From Phycisphaeraceae bacterium (GTDB lineage Bacteria; Planctomycetota; Phycisphaerae; Phycisphaerales; Phycisphaeraceae), in assembly GCA_963674705.1 (NCBI GenBank), contig OY771506.1, forward strand, positions 3,456,001 through 3,520,000: DNA of 64,000 nucleotides, in the 5' to 3' direction. The translations under genes were made by a program, and so were the position numbers. Under the pieces are notes generated by a model. That model had not been told where the DNA came from. It was given only the letters and a program-made list of their open reading frames with translations, and did not search any database. Within the stretch, counting starts at the first letter, position 1. Each line of letters begins with the position of its first letter. Below, piece after piece: positions 19,368 to 28,468 of this stretch.

Positions 19368-20174
19368 ATGAGTGACGTGCTGGCCCGGATTATCGCAGAT
19401 AAACGCATCGAAGTGGACCAGGCCCAACAGACCCGACCGCTGGAGCAGGTCAAGCAGCAGGCCTTGGCAAACGAACCGCCACGCAATTTTTTCTCAGCCG
19501 TGACCCGTCCCAAGGGCGAACTGCGTGTCATCGCCGAGGTTAAAAAAGCCAGCCCCTCAGCGGGTCTGATCCGCGAGGACTTCGACCCCGTCGCCATCGC
19601 CCGGGCATACCACGACAACGGCGCAGCCGCGATCAGTTGCCTGACGGATGCCAAATACTTCCAAGGCGACCTCGCCTACATAGCTCAGATCAAGCAGGCC
19701 GTCCCGCTGCCCGTCTTGCGCAAAGACTTCATAGTCGATCCCTACCAGGTCTACGAAGCCCGTGCCGCCGGTGCTGACGCCATCCTGCTCATCGCTGAAT
19801 GCCTCGGCGAGCCGCAGATGATCGACCTGCTCATCCTCGCCACCGAACTGAAGATGACCGTCCTGCTTGAGGTCCACGACTTTGAAAGCCTCATCCAGGT
19901 CAAGAGCCACGTCGGTTTTCCACATCCGGGCTATCAGTTACTCGGTATCAACAACCGCAACCTCAAGACCATGACCACCGACCTGAGCCACACACTCGAC
20001 CTGCTCAGTGAAGTCCCCGACAAAGACATCCTCGTCAGCGAGTCCGGCATCCGCACCAACGAGGATATCCAACGCCTCCGCAAAGCCGGCATCCACCGCG
20101 TCCTCGTCGGCGAACACCTGATGAAACAACCGGACGTCGGCCAGGCATTAAAAGAACTCATGGGCGCTAACTAA
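19368..20174 (+). CDS. trpC: Indole-3-glycerol phosphate synthase
   Basis: IAEVKKASPS, LRKDF, GINNRNL, VSESGI. Confidence 0.97.
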   Translation: MSDVLARIIADKRIEVDQAQQTRPLEQVKQQALANEPPRNFFSAVTRPKGELRVIAEVKKASPSAGLIREDFDPVAIARAYHDNGAAAISCLTDAKYFQGDLAYIAQIKQAVPLPVLRKDFIVDPYQVYEARAAGADAILLIAECLGEPQMIDLLILATELKMTVLLEVHDFESLIQVKSHVGFPHPGYQLLGINNRNLKTMTTDLSHTLDLLSEVPDKDILVSESGIRTNEDIQRLRKAGIHRVLVGEHLMKQPDVGQALKELMGAN

Positions 20175-20181
20175 TCCCGCC

Positions 20182-20239
20182 CGTTTAGCGGGGCAACTCG
20201 CTGCCCCATCCCAAGTTTAGCGGAGCAGTTTACTGCTCC
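20182..20239 (+). repeat. Two GTTTAG-headed REP-like hairpins (family C)
   Basis: CGTTTAGCGGGGCAACTCGCTGCCCC and GTTTAGCGGAGCAGTTTACTGCTCC; related inverted copy at 48388-48412. Confidence 0.6.
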
Positions 20240-20293
20240 ATTCGCCGCAACGTGACGACTTCAATGAATCTGGCACTCACTTTGAGGAACCAT

Positions 20294-21685
20294 ATGCCCA
20301 CCTCACCAACCCGTCGTGACTTTCTCCAGACCACCGCCGCCCTAGGCCTCGGCGCATTCGCCACCACCATCCCGGCCTTCGCACAATCAAGCACCAGACC
20401 CGCCACCAACGACACGCGTCTGCGCGTCCTTTCCATCGGTGTCACCGGCACCATCGGCGGCACCGATCGCATGAAGGTCCACGAACACCCCAAAGCAGAT
20501 ATCGTCGGCCTGTGCGATGTCGATTCCCAGGCTATCGCCGAAGCCGTCAAAGCGCATCCTTCCGCCTTCACCTGCGCCGATTACCGCGAAGCCTTCGATA
20601 AACACGCTAACAAATTCGACGCCGTCATCGTCGCCACGCCCGACCATTCGCACTGCGCGATCATGACCCTCGCACTCGCCAAGGGTAAACACGTCTACGG
20701 CCAAAAACCCCTCGTCCACCAGCTCGAAGAACTGCACACCCTCGGCCGTGCCGTCAAAGCGCGACCGCAACTCGTCACACAGACCGGCAACCAGCGCATC
20801 GAATCCCCATGCCGACGCGCTGCAGTCGACATCCTCAAGAGCGGCACACTCGGCAAGGTCATCGAAGTCCACATCTCTTTCGGCGCAAGCGCCATCTCCG
20901 GCGGGCATTACTTCACCGACGGCGTTCTCCGCGACCCGATCGATCCACCAGCCCACATCAACTATGACCTATGGCTCAACGGTGCGCAGTACGAATCCTG
21001 CCGACCTCAGATGGTCCAACGTCAATGGCGTAGCTGGTGGAACTACGGCGGCGGCATGATCGCCGATTGGATCGTCCACCTTGTCGACGTCATGTTCTAC
21101 GCTTTCCCCGAACTGCAAAGCCCGACCCAGGTCTGCTCCCGCACCCGTTCGCGCGACCTGACACACTTCCACGCCGACCGCGTCTCCTCCACACTCACCT
21201 ACCCCGTCAACACCGACAACTTCGCCAACAGTAATTGCAACTTCTACCTCTACGACAGCGGCATCCGCCCCGACCGCAAACAACTCGGTATCGGTGAGGG
21301 CGACTGGCCCGCGAATAACTTCACCGTCATCGTATGCCAAGCAGGCACAATCGTGCTAGGTCCAAGCGAACCTATCGAAGTCTGGCGCGATGGCGAAAAA
21401 ACCGACGGTCTACAAATGCCCGGCCTGCCTAACTACGAATCCTTCAACCACTGGCACGCGTGGGTCGACAAAGCCCTCGGCATCGACACCCCACACCACT
21501 GGACCCCTTTCGACATCGGCCTGCGCTGCACCGAAGTCGGCCTGCTCGCTATCAAAGCCGCCAAATACCCCGGCCAAATCCTCGAATGGAACGCCGACAA
21601 ACGCGCTTTCACCAACCACAAGCAAGCCACACAAACCATCGTCCGCCGCCACTACCGCAAAGGCTTCGAACCGGTAAAGCTGTAA
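20294..21685 (+). CDS. Tat-exported Gfo/Idh/MocA family oxidoreductase
   Basis: TRRDFL twin-arginine; DAVIVATPDHSH, GKHVYGQKP, GGGMIADWIVH; GAGG RBS. Confidence 0.92.
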   Translation: MPTSPTRRDFLQTTAALGLGAFATTIPAFAQSSTRPATNDTRLRVLSIGVTGTIGGTDRMKVHEHPKADIVGLCDVDSQAIAEAVKAHPSAFTCADYREAFDKHANKFDAVIVATPDHSHCAIMTLALAKGKHVYGQKPLVHQLEELHTLGRAVKARPQLVTQTGNQRIESPCRRAAVDILKSGTLGKVIEVHISFGASAISGGHYFTDGVLRDPIDPPAHINYDLWLNGAQYESCRPQMVQRQWRSWWNYGGGMIADWIVHLVDVMFYAFPELQSPTQVCSRTRSRDLTHFHADRVSSTLTYPVNTDNFANSNCNFYLYDSGIRPDRKQLGIGEGDWPANNFTVIVCQAGTIVLGPSEPIEVWRDGEKTDGLQMPGLPNYESFNHWHAWVDKALGIDTPHHWTPFDIGLRCTEVGLLAIKAAKYPGQILEWNADKRAFTNHKQATQTIVRRHYRKGFEPVKL

Positions 21686-21696
21686 ACACATCGCGC

Positions 21697-21720
21697 AGCC
21701 ACCCTGGTCGGGTGGCTTTC
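21697..21720. terminator. Hairpin terminator between convergent genes
   Basis: AGCCACCC-TGGTC-GGGTGGCT then TTC. Confidence 0.55.
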
Positions 21721-21767
21721 ATTCTACACCCGAACGCGGCGAGCAATCCGAACCTGTGCAATACCGG

Positions 21768-22682
21768 TCAACGAGCCCGTCGTCTGACCAGTACAAACAG
21801 TGATCCGATCGCCGACAGTGCAAACGTCGTCGGCTCGGGACATCCCGTGTAAGCCTCCGGGGTTGCGACGCTCATAAAATCATCAATGTTGGTTTCGCAA
21901 ACGACCTGGCCGACGCCGCCGCCTAATGGCACATCAGCGCCGGATGGATCACCGATGAACACGAACGAGTAATCGGGGTCGGTATAGAAACTGGGTGGTG
22001 TATCGTCGCCGGGCCAGACGCCCATGCTGTAGAAGATGCCTGTCGCATCGGTATCGACATCGGGGCCCTCGAACGTCAGATCGCACGACTTGACCTTGAG
22101 TTGCTCACCCTTAGGCCCGAAGAACTTGTAGCATTTACCCGCTGTACCGGGGATCACACCGCCGGCCGCGGGGACGGGCACCATCGCGCCGCCGCCGCCG
22201 GGACGCACCTGCTGCATCTTCCAATTACCTGTGTTGGGCTTGATCTCCAGATCGTGTGTCTTACTCTTATTCACACGGAAGCGGTAATAGATGACGACCT
22301 GACCGCCGCCGCCACCTCCGCCACCACCCGCATTGGGATTACCACCGGGGCCGATGATCGGATCGATCGGATGTACGGTCGGCGGATCGCCCGGCACCTC
22401 AGGGCTGCAAATCGTCAGTTGAAAACCCGGGTCCAGCCAGACCACATCGGTCCAATCAGGATCGGAACCGACGTTGATAGGTAGCGCGTAGTTATAAATC
22501 GGATCGCCAAACTCATCTTCCTCGTACCAGTTCTGATACGTGGTGCAGTACCGCTGCGCATCCTCGTTCCACTGCCGCGTGACAACATACTTCACATCGT
22601 ACGACGCATTTGCCGTTTGGATCGGCAGGCTGATGATCAAACCAACCAACGCAAGCATCAATCCCTGCAATAACCGTTTCAT
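21768..22682 (-). CDS. PEP-CTERM sorting domain-containing protein (CPEP variant, poly-Gly linker)
   Basis: Signal peptide ending TANA; C-terminal CPEPTTFALSAIGSLFVLVRRRAR. Confidence 0.85.
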   Translation of the reverse strand: MKRLLQGLMLALVGLIISLPIQTANASYDVKYVVTRQWNEDAQRYCTTYQNWYEEDEFGDPIYNYALPINVGSDPDWTDVVWLDPGFQLTICSPEVPGDPPTVHPIDPIIGPGGNPNAGGGGGGGGGQVVIYYRFRVNKSKTHDLEIKPNTGNWKMQQVRPGGGGAMVPVPAAGGVIPGTAGKCYKFFGPKGEQLKVKSCDLTFEGPDVDTDATGIFYSMGVWPGDDTPPSFYTDPDYSFVFIGDPSGADVPLGGGVGQVVCETNIDDFMSVATPEAYTGCPEPTTFALSAIGSLFVLVRRRAR

Positions 22683-23313
22683 CTTTCTTTCTCCATGTTA
22701 TGCGTTCAATTCGGAACCACCTTGTTTGCGAACATGGGCAGTCAATAGAAGTCTCCACGCATCGTGATTGACATACGCAATCACCTGACGTTGGGGGGAG
22801 GCAGACCTGCCATCTGCGGCTGATGTTTGAGAATAAAGCGATAACTCTCCCCACCTGCCTGTGTAGGCACCCATAGATTTAATACATTTTTATCTCTTGT
22901 TGTGGCAATGTCAAGAGTTAAAGGTTGATATGGCTGAAATCGCTCAGTAGCCGGTGTCTGTGCGAATGCGTAGGAATATATGTCCTGATGTCTTGACCAA
23001 GCAGGAACATATGTCACACGTTATACCGTAAATCCTTGCGGATAATGACAGTTGTGTAACCCAACAACGACAGCATCAGGCGACGGTAAGTACACCAGCA
23101 ATATCTAGCGGATTGCGGACTGTTGTGTTTCCGAAATGTGCAGCGACTGATCAGCATTGATCATCGAATCCGGGATTGCCGGCAAACCCAGTAGCGACAG
23201 CGAAAGATTCCCCCGGCCGGATGCACGCTTCCTGCTTTCACAAAACCCTGATTAAACGATGGATTTCAGTCTACAGGCTTTCCATCAAACACACGATTAA
23301 TTCACAAACAATT

Positions 23314-23411
23314 GTATAGCCGCGACCATTGGTCGCGCTCCGGGATGTGTTCGCAAGGTAGGTGTAAGGTTTTCCATGTACATGAAGAGCGCGACCAATG
23401 GTCGCGGCTAT
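23314..23411. repeat. REPIN-like doublet, family A copy 1
   Basis: GTATAGCCGCGACCATTGGTCGCGCT ... AGCGCGACCAATGGTCGCGGCTAT; further copies at 43485 and 49961. Confidence 0.9.
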
Positions 23412-23452
23412 TCAAAAAAACACCCAGGCAGGTCGGGCGATAGGCAGGTCAT

Positions 23453-24262
23453 TCACTTACCCACTTCAACAACCAACCCGTCATACGGCAGCCTCACACC
23501 TTCCGGCAACCGAGGCTCCAACTCCGCATGAGACACATCATGAGCCAGGTGCGTCAGGTACGCACGCTTGGGTTTGATCTGCTCGATCTCGCTAAGCGCC
23601 TGGTCGATCGTGAAGTGGGTCGGGTGATGACGGAAGCGCAGACCGTCGATGATTAACACATCAAGATCCTTGAGTAGCGCATAACTCTCCGGCGGGATCG
23701 ACGACACATCCGTGCAATACCCAAGCGACCTGCCCGCGATATCAATCCGGAAACCGAGTATCGGCAACCGCCCGTGCATCAGCCTGATCGGCGTCCACGT
23801 CGCACCGAACAGGTCCAGCACTTTGTCCGGTTCCAGCAGGTTCGGGATCAGCGTCGGGATGAATGATTTATTGACGTTGTGTTCCGAAGCAAAGATGTAC
23901 GGGAACATATGCCGTAACGATTCAAGCACGCGCTCTTCCGCGTAGATATCGAGCGGCTGTTTCATCACCGCGTTAAACCGACGCAGATCATCAAGCCCGA
24001 AGACATGGTCCGCATGGGCGTGGGTATACAACACGCCGTCGATCCGCTTGAGGTCCTCGCGCAGCGCCTGCTGCCGAAGGTCCGGCGAAGTATCGATCAG
24101 GTACGCTCTGCAGTTGCCGTCCGGATCGTCATACCGGATCAACACGCTCGTGCGGTCACGTTTGTCTCGCGGATCATCCGACCGGCAGACCGCACACTCG
24201 CACCCGATCATCGGTACGCCGGCGCTGGTACCGGTCCCTAAAAATAGAACTTCAAACTTCAT
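23453..24262 (-). CDS. MBL-fold metallo-hydrolase (PhnP-like phosphodiesterase)
   Basis: LGTGTSAGVP..CECAVC, THAHADHVFGLDDLR, YCTD, LTHLAH. Confidence 0.92.
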   Translation of the reverse strand: MKFEVLFLGTGTSAGVPMIGCECAVCRSDDPRDKRDRTSVLIRYDDPDGNCRAYLIDTSPDLRQQALREDLKRIDGVLYTHAHADHVFGLDDLRRFNAVMKQPLDIYAEERVLESLRHMFPYIFASEHNVNKSFIPTLIPNLLEPDKVLDLFGATWTPIRLMHGRLPILGFRIDIAGRSLGYCTDVSSIPPESYALLKDLDVLIIDGLRFRHHPTHFTIDQALSEIEQIKPKRAYLTHLAHDVSHAELEPRLPEGVRLPYDGLVVEVGK

Positions 24263-24300
24263 GGCTCCGATTCTAGGGCAATGGGATGCTCTTGTCCTGA

Positions 24301-24330
24301 TTGACGCAACACGGGCAAGTCGGTTAGGCT
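24301..24330 (+). promoter_or_regulatory. Sigma70-like promoter of leader peptide/methyltransferase
   Basis: TTGACG (24301-24306), 18 bp, TAGGCT (24325-24330); ATG 7 nt after the -10. Confidence 0.55.
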
Positions 24331-24337
24331 ACGCGCC

Positions 24338-24415
24338 ATGAGTCACTACGCCACCCCGGCTAACGGTAATGCCTTCAACCGCTTCTATGCGGCAAGGTAT
24401 CCGCACGCGAGGTAG
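24338..24415 (+). CDS. Putative attenuator leader peptide MSHYATPANGNAFNRFYAARYPHAR
   Basis: 25 codons between promoter and terminator; its 3' end is complementary to the terminator 5' arm/loop. Confidence 0.6.
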   Translation: MSHYATPANGNAFNRFYAARYPHAR

Positions 24416-24449
24416 GCAAACCAGACTTCTATTGACAAAAGTCGAATCG

Positions 24450-24478
24450 GCCCGTCTCGTGTGAGACGGGCTTTTTTT
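24450..24478 (+). terminator. Leader (attenuator) terminator
   Basis: GCCCGTCTC-GTGT-GAGACGGGC plus T7, lying upstream of a same-strand gene with no long ORF before it. Confidence 0.85.
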
Positions 24479-24515
24479 ATTGGGACTTTTTGGATTACTT
24501 TGCAGGAGATATGAC

Positions 24516-25322
24516 ATGGACGCGCGTTGGGAAACAGCCATTCCCTACTACAGCCGATCGGGATTGCACATCGAGGTCTACGACACACTGACCGAGTTCT
24601 GGGCCAACCAGGATATCGGCTTCATGATCGAACAGGCACGCGAAGTAGGCGGCCCGGTATTGGAACTGGCAAGCGGCACCGGCCGAGTCGCCTGGCCGAT
24701 TGCACAGGCGGGATTTGATGTGGTGGGCCTGGATATCAACCCGGGCATGATCGCCGCCGCGGAGGCCAAACGCCCGCAATATCCAAGCGAAGTCAGTGAT
24801 CGCATGCGCTTCGTACACGGCGACATGACAAACTTCGACCTCAAACAGCAGTTCCGCCTGGTGTATATCACGTACCGTTCTTTTATGGCATTGATGACGC
24901 CTGAAGCACAGCAGAAGTGTCTACGCTGTATCCATCAACACCTCGAACCCGGCGGCAGGTTGGTGATCAACCTCTTCGATCCAAGGTTGTCGCGTTGCGA
25001 TGAGCAGATCGAAGACCCGACGGAAGAAATGACGGTAACAAACCCCGTAACCGGCTTGCAGGTCGAGCAACGCGCAGTCGATCGCATCAACGATCCGCTG
25101 AGCCAGTCCTTCAAGATGCTATGGATCATCAGTGAACGCGACGCACAAGGCAACACCGTACGCGAAGAACACGAACGCCTGGACCTCCGCTGGACCTATC
25201 GCTTCGAGATGCGATACCTCCTGGAGTTATGCGGTTTCGAAGTCCTGGCAGAGTTCTCAGACTTCGAAAAGTCCGCACCCGCCTACGGCGAAGAACAGGT
25301 GTGGGTCGCACAAAAGCGTTGA
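24516..25322 (+). CDS. Class I SAM-dependent methyltransferase
   Basis: VLELASGTGR, VVGLDINPGM, GDMTNF, LEPGGRLV; AGGAG RBS at 24504-24508. Confidence 0.92.
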   Translation: MDARWETAIPYYSRSGLHIEVYDTLTEFWANQDIGFMIEQAREVGGPVLELASGTGRVAWPIAQAGFDVVGLDINPGMIAAAEAKRPQYPSEVSDRMRFVHGDMTNFDLKQQFRLVYITYRSFMALMTPEAQQKCLRCIHQHLEPGGRLVINLFDPRLSRCDEQIEDPTEEMTVTNPVTGLQVEQRAVDRINDPLSQSFKMLWIISERDAQGNTVREEHERLDLRWTYRFEMRYLLELCGFEVLAEFSDFEKSAPAYGEEQVWVAQKR

Positions 25323-25347
25323 GTTACATATGAGGATGCAAGGGCAA

Positions 25348-26505
25348 TCAAATCGAACCCGACGCAACCGCGGGCAGGTCCAGTTCGTCGAATTCACCGG
25401 CCTCGTACTTCGTGTACGCAAGCCCGGCGATCATCGCGGCGTTGTCTAAGCAGTAAGCAAACGCGGGGATGCGTACTTGCAGACCGAGTTTGTCGCCGAG
25501 TTCGGCGATGCGCTTGCGCAGCAGTGAATTGGCGCTGACGCCGCCACCGATAACGATGGAATGTGGTGCTTTCTCTTTAGCCGCCATCTGCTTGACGGCG
25601 CGCTTCAGCTTCGTGATGACCGCATCAACCGCCGCCGCCTGGAAACTCGCGGCGATGTCGGCGATCTGTTTCTCGGTCAAGTCGTCAGCGCTGCGTTCAA
25701 ACCTCGCGTTCGGCCCGCGGCCAACAGGATGACCTCGCACGGTGTACAACACCGCGGTCTTCAATCCGCTGAACGAGAAGTCGAGGCTGTCGCGCTTCAG
25801 CATCGAGCGCGGCAAATCGTGTGCATTCGGGTCGCCTGTCTGCGCGAGCTTGTCGAGCTTCGGTCCGCCGGGATACCCGACCTGCAGGATGACCGCAACC
25901 TTGTCGTAGGCTTCGCCGACCGCATCGTCGATGGTCGAGCCGATGAGATTCAGGTCGGTCGAGTTGGTCATCTGGTAGATGCTGGAGTGACCGCCGGAGA
26001 CGACCAGGCCGAGCGCGGGGAAGTCGATCGCGGGTGGGGGACTGACCTTACCCGGATCGTGCGCACTGCGGCCGATCACGACAGAACTGTGCGCCGGTAG
26101 AGTGGTGGATAACGTGGGGGGCTGTTTGACAACGTCGCTCAAACATGCTGCATGCAGGTGGGCGCGGACGTGGTCGACGCCGATCAGTGGTTTGCCCGCC
26201 GCCCATGCGAGTGTCTTGGCGGCGCTGACCCCGACCAGCAGCGACCCGATGAGCCCCGGCCGATGCCCGACCGCGACGGCGTCGATGTCGTTCAAGGTCA
26301 CGCCCGCCTGCACAAGCGCCTCATGAACCACCGGGTTCAGGTTCTGCAAATGCGCTCGGCTTGCGATCTCGGGCACCACACCACGGTAACGCTCGTGCAG
26401 ATCGTGCTGCGCCGCAACGACATTTGATAACACCAACCGGCCGTCTTCTACGACAGCGGCAGCGGTTTCATCACAACTTGATTCGAGGCCGAGGATCCGT
26501 GTCAC
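25348..26505 (-). CDS. tsaD: tRNA N6-threonylcarbamoyladenosine transferase TsaD
   Basis: LGLESSCDET, HVRAH, VSGGHS, DDAVGEAYDK, FSFSGLKT, DNAAMI. Confidence 0.97.
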   Translation of the reverse strand: MTRILGLESSCDETAAAVVEDGRLVLSNVVAAQHDLHERYRGVVPEIASRAHLQNLNPVVHEALVQAGVTLNDIDAVAVGHRPGLIGSLLVGVSAAKTLAWAAGKPLIGVDHVRAHLHAACLSDVVKQPPTLSTTLPAHSSVVIGRSAHDPGKVSPPPAIDFPALGLVVSGGHSSIYQMTNSTDLNLIGSTIDDAVGEAYDKVAVILQVGYPGGPKLDKLAQTGDPNAHDLPRSMLKRDSLDFSFSGLKTAVLYTVRGHPVGRGPNARFERSADDLTEKQIADIAASFQAAAVDAVITKLKRAVKQMAAKEKAPHSIVIGGGVSANSLLRKRIAELGDKLGLQVRIPAFAYCLDNAAMIAGLAYTKYEAGEFDELDLPAVASGSI

Positions 26506-28142
26506 TTCTTCTCCGCGGGCTCGGATTCTAGGGCGGGCTCGGTCTTGGGTTCGACAGCTTCCTCTACCTCTGCCGGACCGTCTTTTACCGGCTCTTGCTT
26601 GTCAAGCTTCAACTGCTCTTCGGTCGCTTCGCCCGATTCTTGCAGAAGCTCCTCGGGCAGCTTGACCGAATTCGGCTCCATGGCTTCTTCTTCGGCTTTC
26701 CCGTCGGCGAGTTCGGTTTCGACGCGCTCGAGTTCTTCCAGCAGCAGCGATCGACGGCGTTGCAATAGCTCGCGTTCGTGCTGGCGTACCAGTTCTTCGG
26801 CATCCGACAAGCCTACGACGGGCCAGTCGTCGGTTTCGATCTTGCCACGCACGGCACGCAGCGCCGCGGCCAGTTGCGGGTCTTTCATATGATCTTTGAT
26901 GTATTCCGGCGTGATCGTAACCATGTCTGCGTGGCCGTTCTCATCACTGATGACGTCGGCGTCGCGGCGTGTGATGATCATTTCTTCGTATTCATCGAAC
27001 GTCATCGGGACGTACGCGCCCTCGTCCGGATCAACACCCCAGACTTCGGAATTCGGTCGGCGGTGGATGTTTCGGCCGTTCGGCAGATAGTAGTAAGCGT
27101 TGGTCATCTTCAACACGCCCAGCCCGTTCTCCAACTCACGCACCTGTTGCACGCTGCCTTTACCGAGTGTGCGTGTGCCGACGAACAAGGCGCGGTCGTT
27201 GTCTGTCAACGCACCGGTCACGACTTCCGAAGCCGAGGCGCTGCCTTCATTGGCGAGGATCACCAGTGGTGTGTTCGGCAGGATCGTATCGGCGGATGCG
27301 TTGTAAACCTGCTCGGGCGCTTTGCGTCCTTTAGTCGAAACGATGCGTTTGCCCTCGGTCAGGAACATATCGCTGACCGCCACGGCCGAACTGAGCAGCC
27401 CGCCCGGATCGAAGCGCAGGTCGATGATCAGACCCTTCACATCCTGAGCTTTGAGCACTTGAAGCGCGGCCCGCAGTTCGTCGGCTGTCGGCTCGGTGAA
27501 CTGCGAGATACGGATGTAGCCGATCTTGTTGATCGGATCGAGCATGTAGTCGAAGCTCTGATCGGCCTGGCGGCGAAAACCGCGGACGGTCTGGACGTTG
27601 ATGTGGTCGCGGGTGACGGTGATGTCCAGTTCCTCGCCGGTCTTGCGGCGGACGGTGAGGACGACATCGGTGCCGGGTTCACCCTTGATGTTCTGGATGA
27701 CGTCGTTCTGGCTTTTATCCTTGGTGGATTCGCCGTCAACTTTGAGGATGACGTCGCCTGCCATGATGCCTGCTTTCCAGGCGGGTGAGTCTTCCAGCGG
27801 GGTGACGATGCGTGGCCGACCTTCGTACATGTCGATCTCCGCGCCGATGCCGGAGAACGAGCCGGTGAGTCGGTCGGTGAACTGTCGGGCCTCTTCAGCG
27901 GGGACGAACACGGTGTATGGGTCGTCAAGTGACGCGATCATGCCCGCCACAGCCGACTCGACCAACTGCATCTGGTCGGGCTCTTCAACATAGCTGTCGA
28001 CCAGCTCGTGGCGTATGTCGACCAGCACATCGAGCTGCTTGTAGGCATCGGCCTGCTTGGAAGCGAAGGCATCGGTAAGAACTAACAGGGCGGTGGTTAT
28101 GGCCAGTATCGGTACCAGGCGCCAGGCGTAGGATTTTGTCAT
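26502..28142 (-). CDS. ctpA: S41 carboxyl-terminal processing protease (PDZ)
   Basis: LDDPYT, FSGIGA, DLRFDPGGLL, SASASE, GKGSVQ. Confidence 0.93.
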   Translation of the reverse strand: MTKSYAWRLVPILAITTALLVLTDAFASKQADAYKQLDVLVDIRHELVDSYVEEPDQMQLVESAVAGMIASLDDPYTVFVPAEEARQFTDRLTGSFSGIGAEIDMYEGRPRIVTPLEDSPAWKAGIMAGDVILKVDGESTKDKSQNDVIQNIKGEPGTDVVLTVRRKTGEELDITVTRDHINVQTVRGFRRQADQSFDYMLDPINKIGYIRISQFTEPTADELRAALQVLKAQDVKGLIIDLRFDPGGLLSSAVAVSDMFLTEGKRIVSTKGRKAPEQVYNASADTILPNTPLVILANEGSASASEVVTGALTDNDRALFVGTRTLGKGSVQQVRELENGLGVLKMTNAYYYLPNGRNIHRRPNSEVWGVDPDEGAYVPMTFDEYEEMIITRRDADVISDENGHADMVTITPEYIKDHMKDPQLAAALRAVRGKIETDDWPVVGLSDAEELVRQHERELLQRRRSLLLEELERVETELADGKAEEEAMEPNSVKLPEELLQESGEATEEQLKLDKQEPVKDGPAEVEEAVEPKTEPALESEPAEKK

Positions 28143-28227
28143 CGGAGATTACTCGGGTTTGATGCTGCTGTTATGGATCGAACAAGGGATTGTAGGCTGG
28201 GTGGGGAGGGGGTTCAAAAAGGGGAGG

Positions 28228-28362
28228 GGGGGGAAGCAGGAAACGCAGGAAATAGAAAAGCCATTAGCCGTTAGCCGTTAGCCGTTAGCACAAATCCTAA
28301 ATCATCAATCCTAAATCATAAATGCAATTCCCCACACCCCACACCCGTCTCCTGCTCTCCTG
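28228..28362. repeat. Mosaic of short tandem arrays (GCAGGAAAC, TTAGCCG x4, AAATCMT, CCCACAC, CTCCTG)
   Basis: Seen directly in the ctpA-radA divergent gap. Confidence 0.75.
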
Positions 28363-28369
28363 ATCAACC

Positions 28370-28429
28370 TTCACCGGCTCTAACCGGCCCGGCCCTTCAC
28401 TGCGCTCAGAACCGGCGTTGGGGGGGGAG
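28370..28429 (-). repeat. ~60 bp palindromic dispersed element, inverted relative to 55197-55258
   Basis: Reverse complement CCCCCCCCAACGCCGGTTCTGAGCGCAGTGAAGGGCCGGGC matches the copy at 55201. Confidence 0.85.
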
Positions 28430-28468
28430 GGGTTTGGAGCGCTGCTGTTAACTGCGTATGCTGCTGGG

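Noticed and set aside
23170..23230. GGCAAACC...GAAA resembling a c-di-GMP-I riboswitch
   Set aside because: No closing stem or GACGCAAA segment, and orientation faces away from the adjacent gene start
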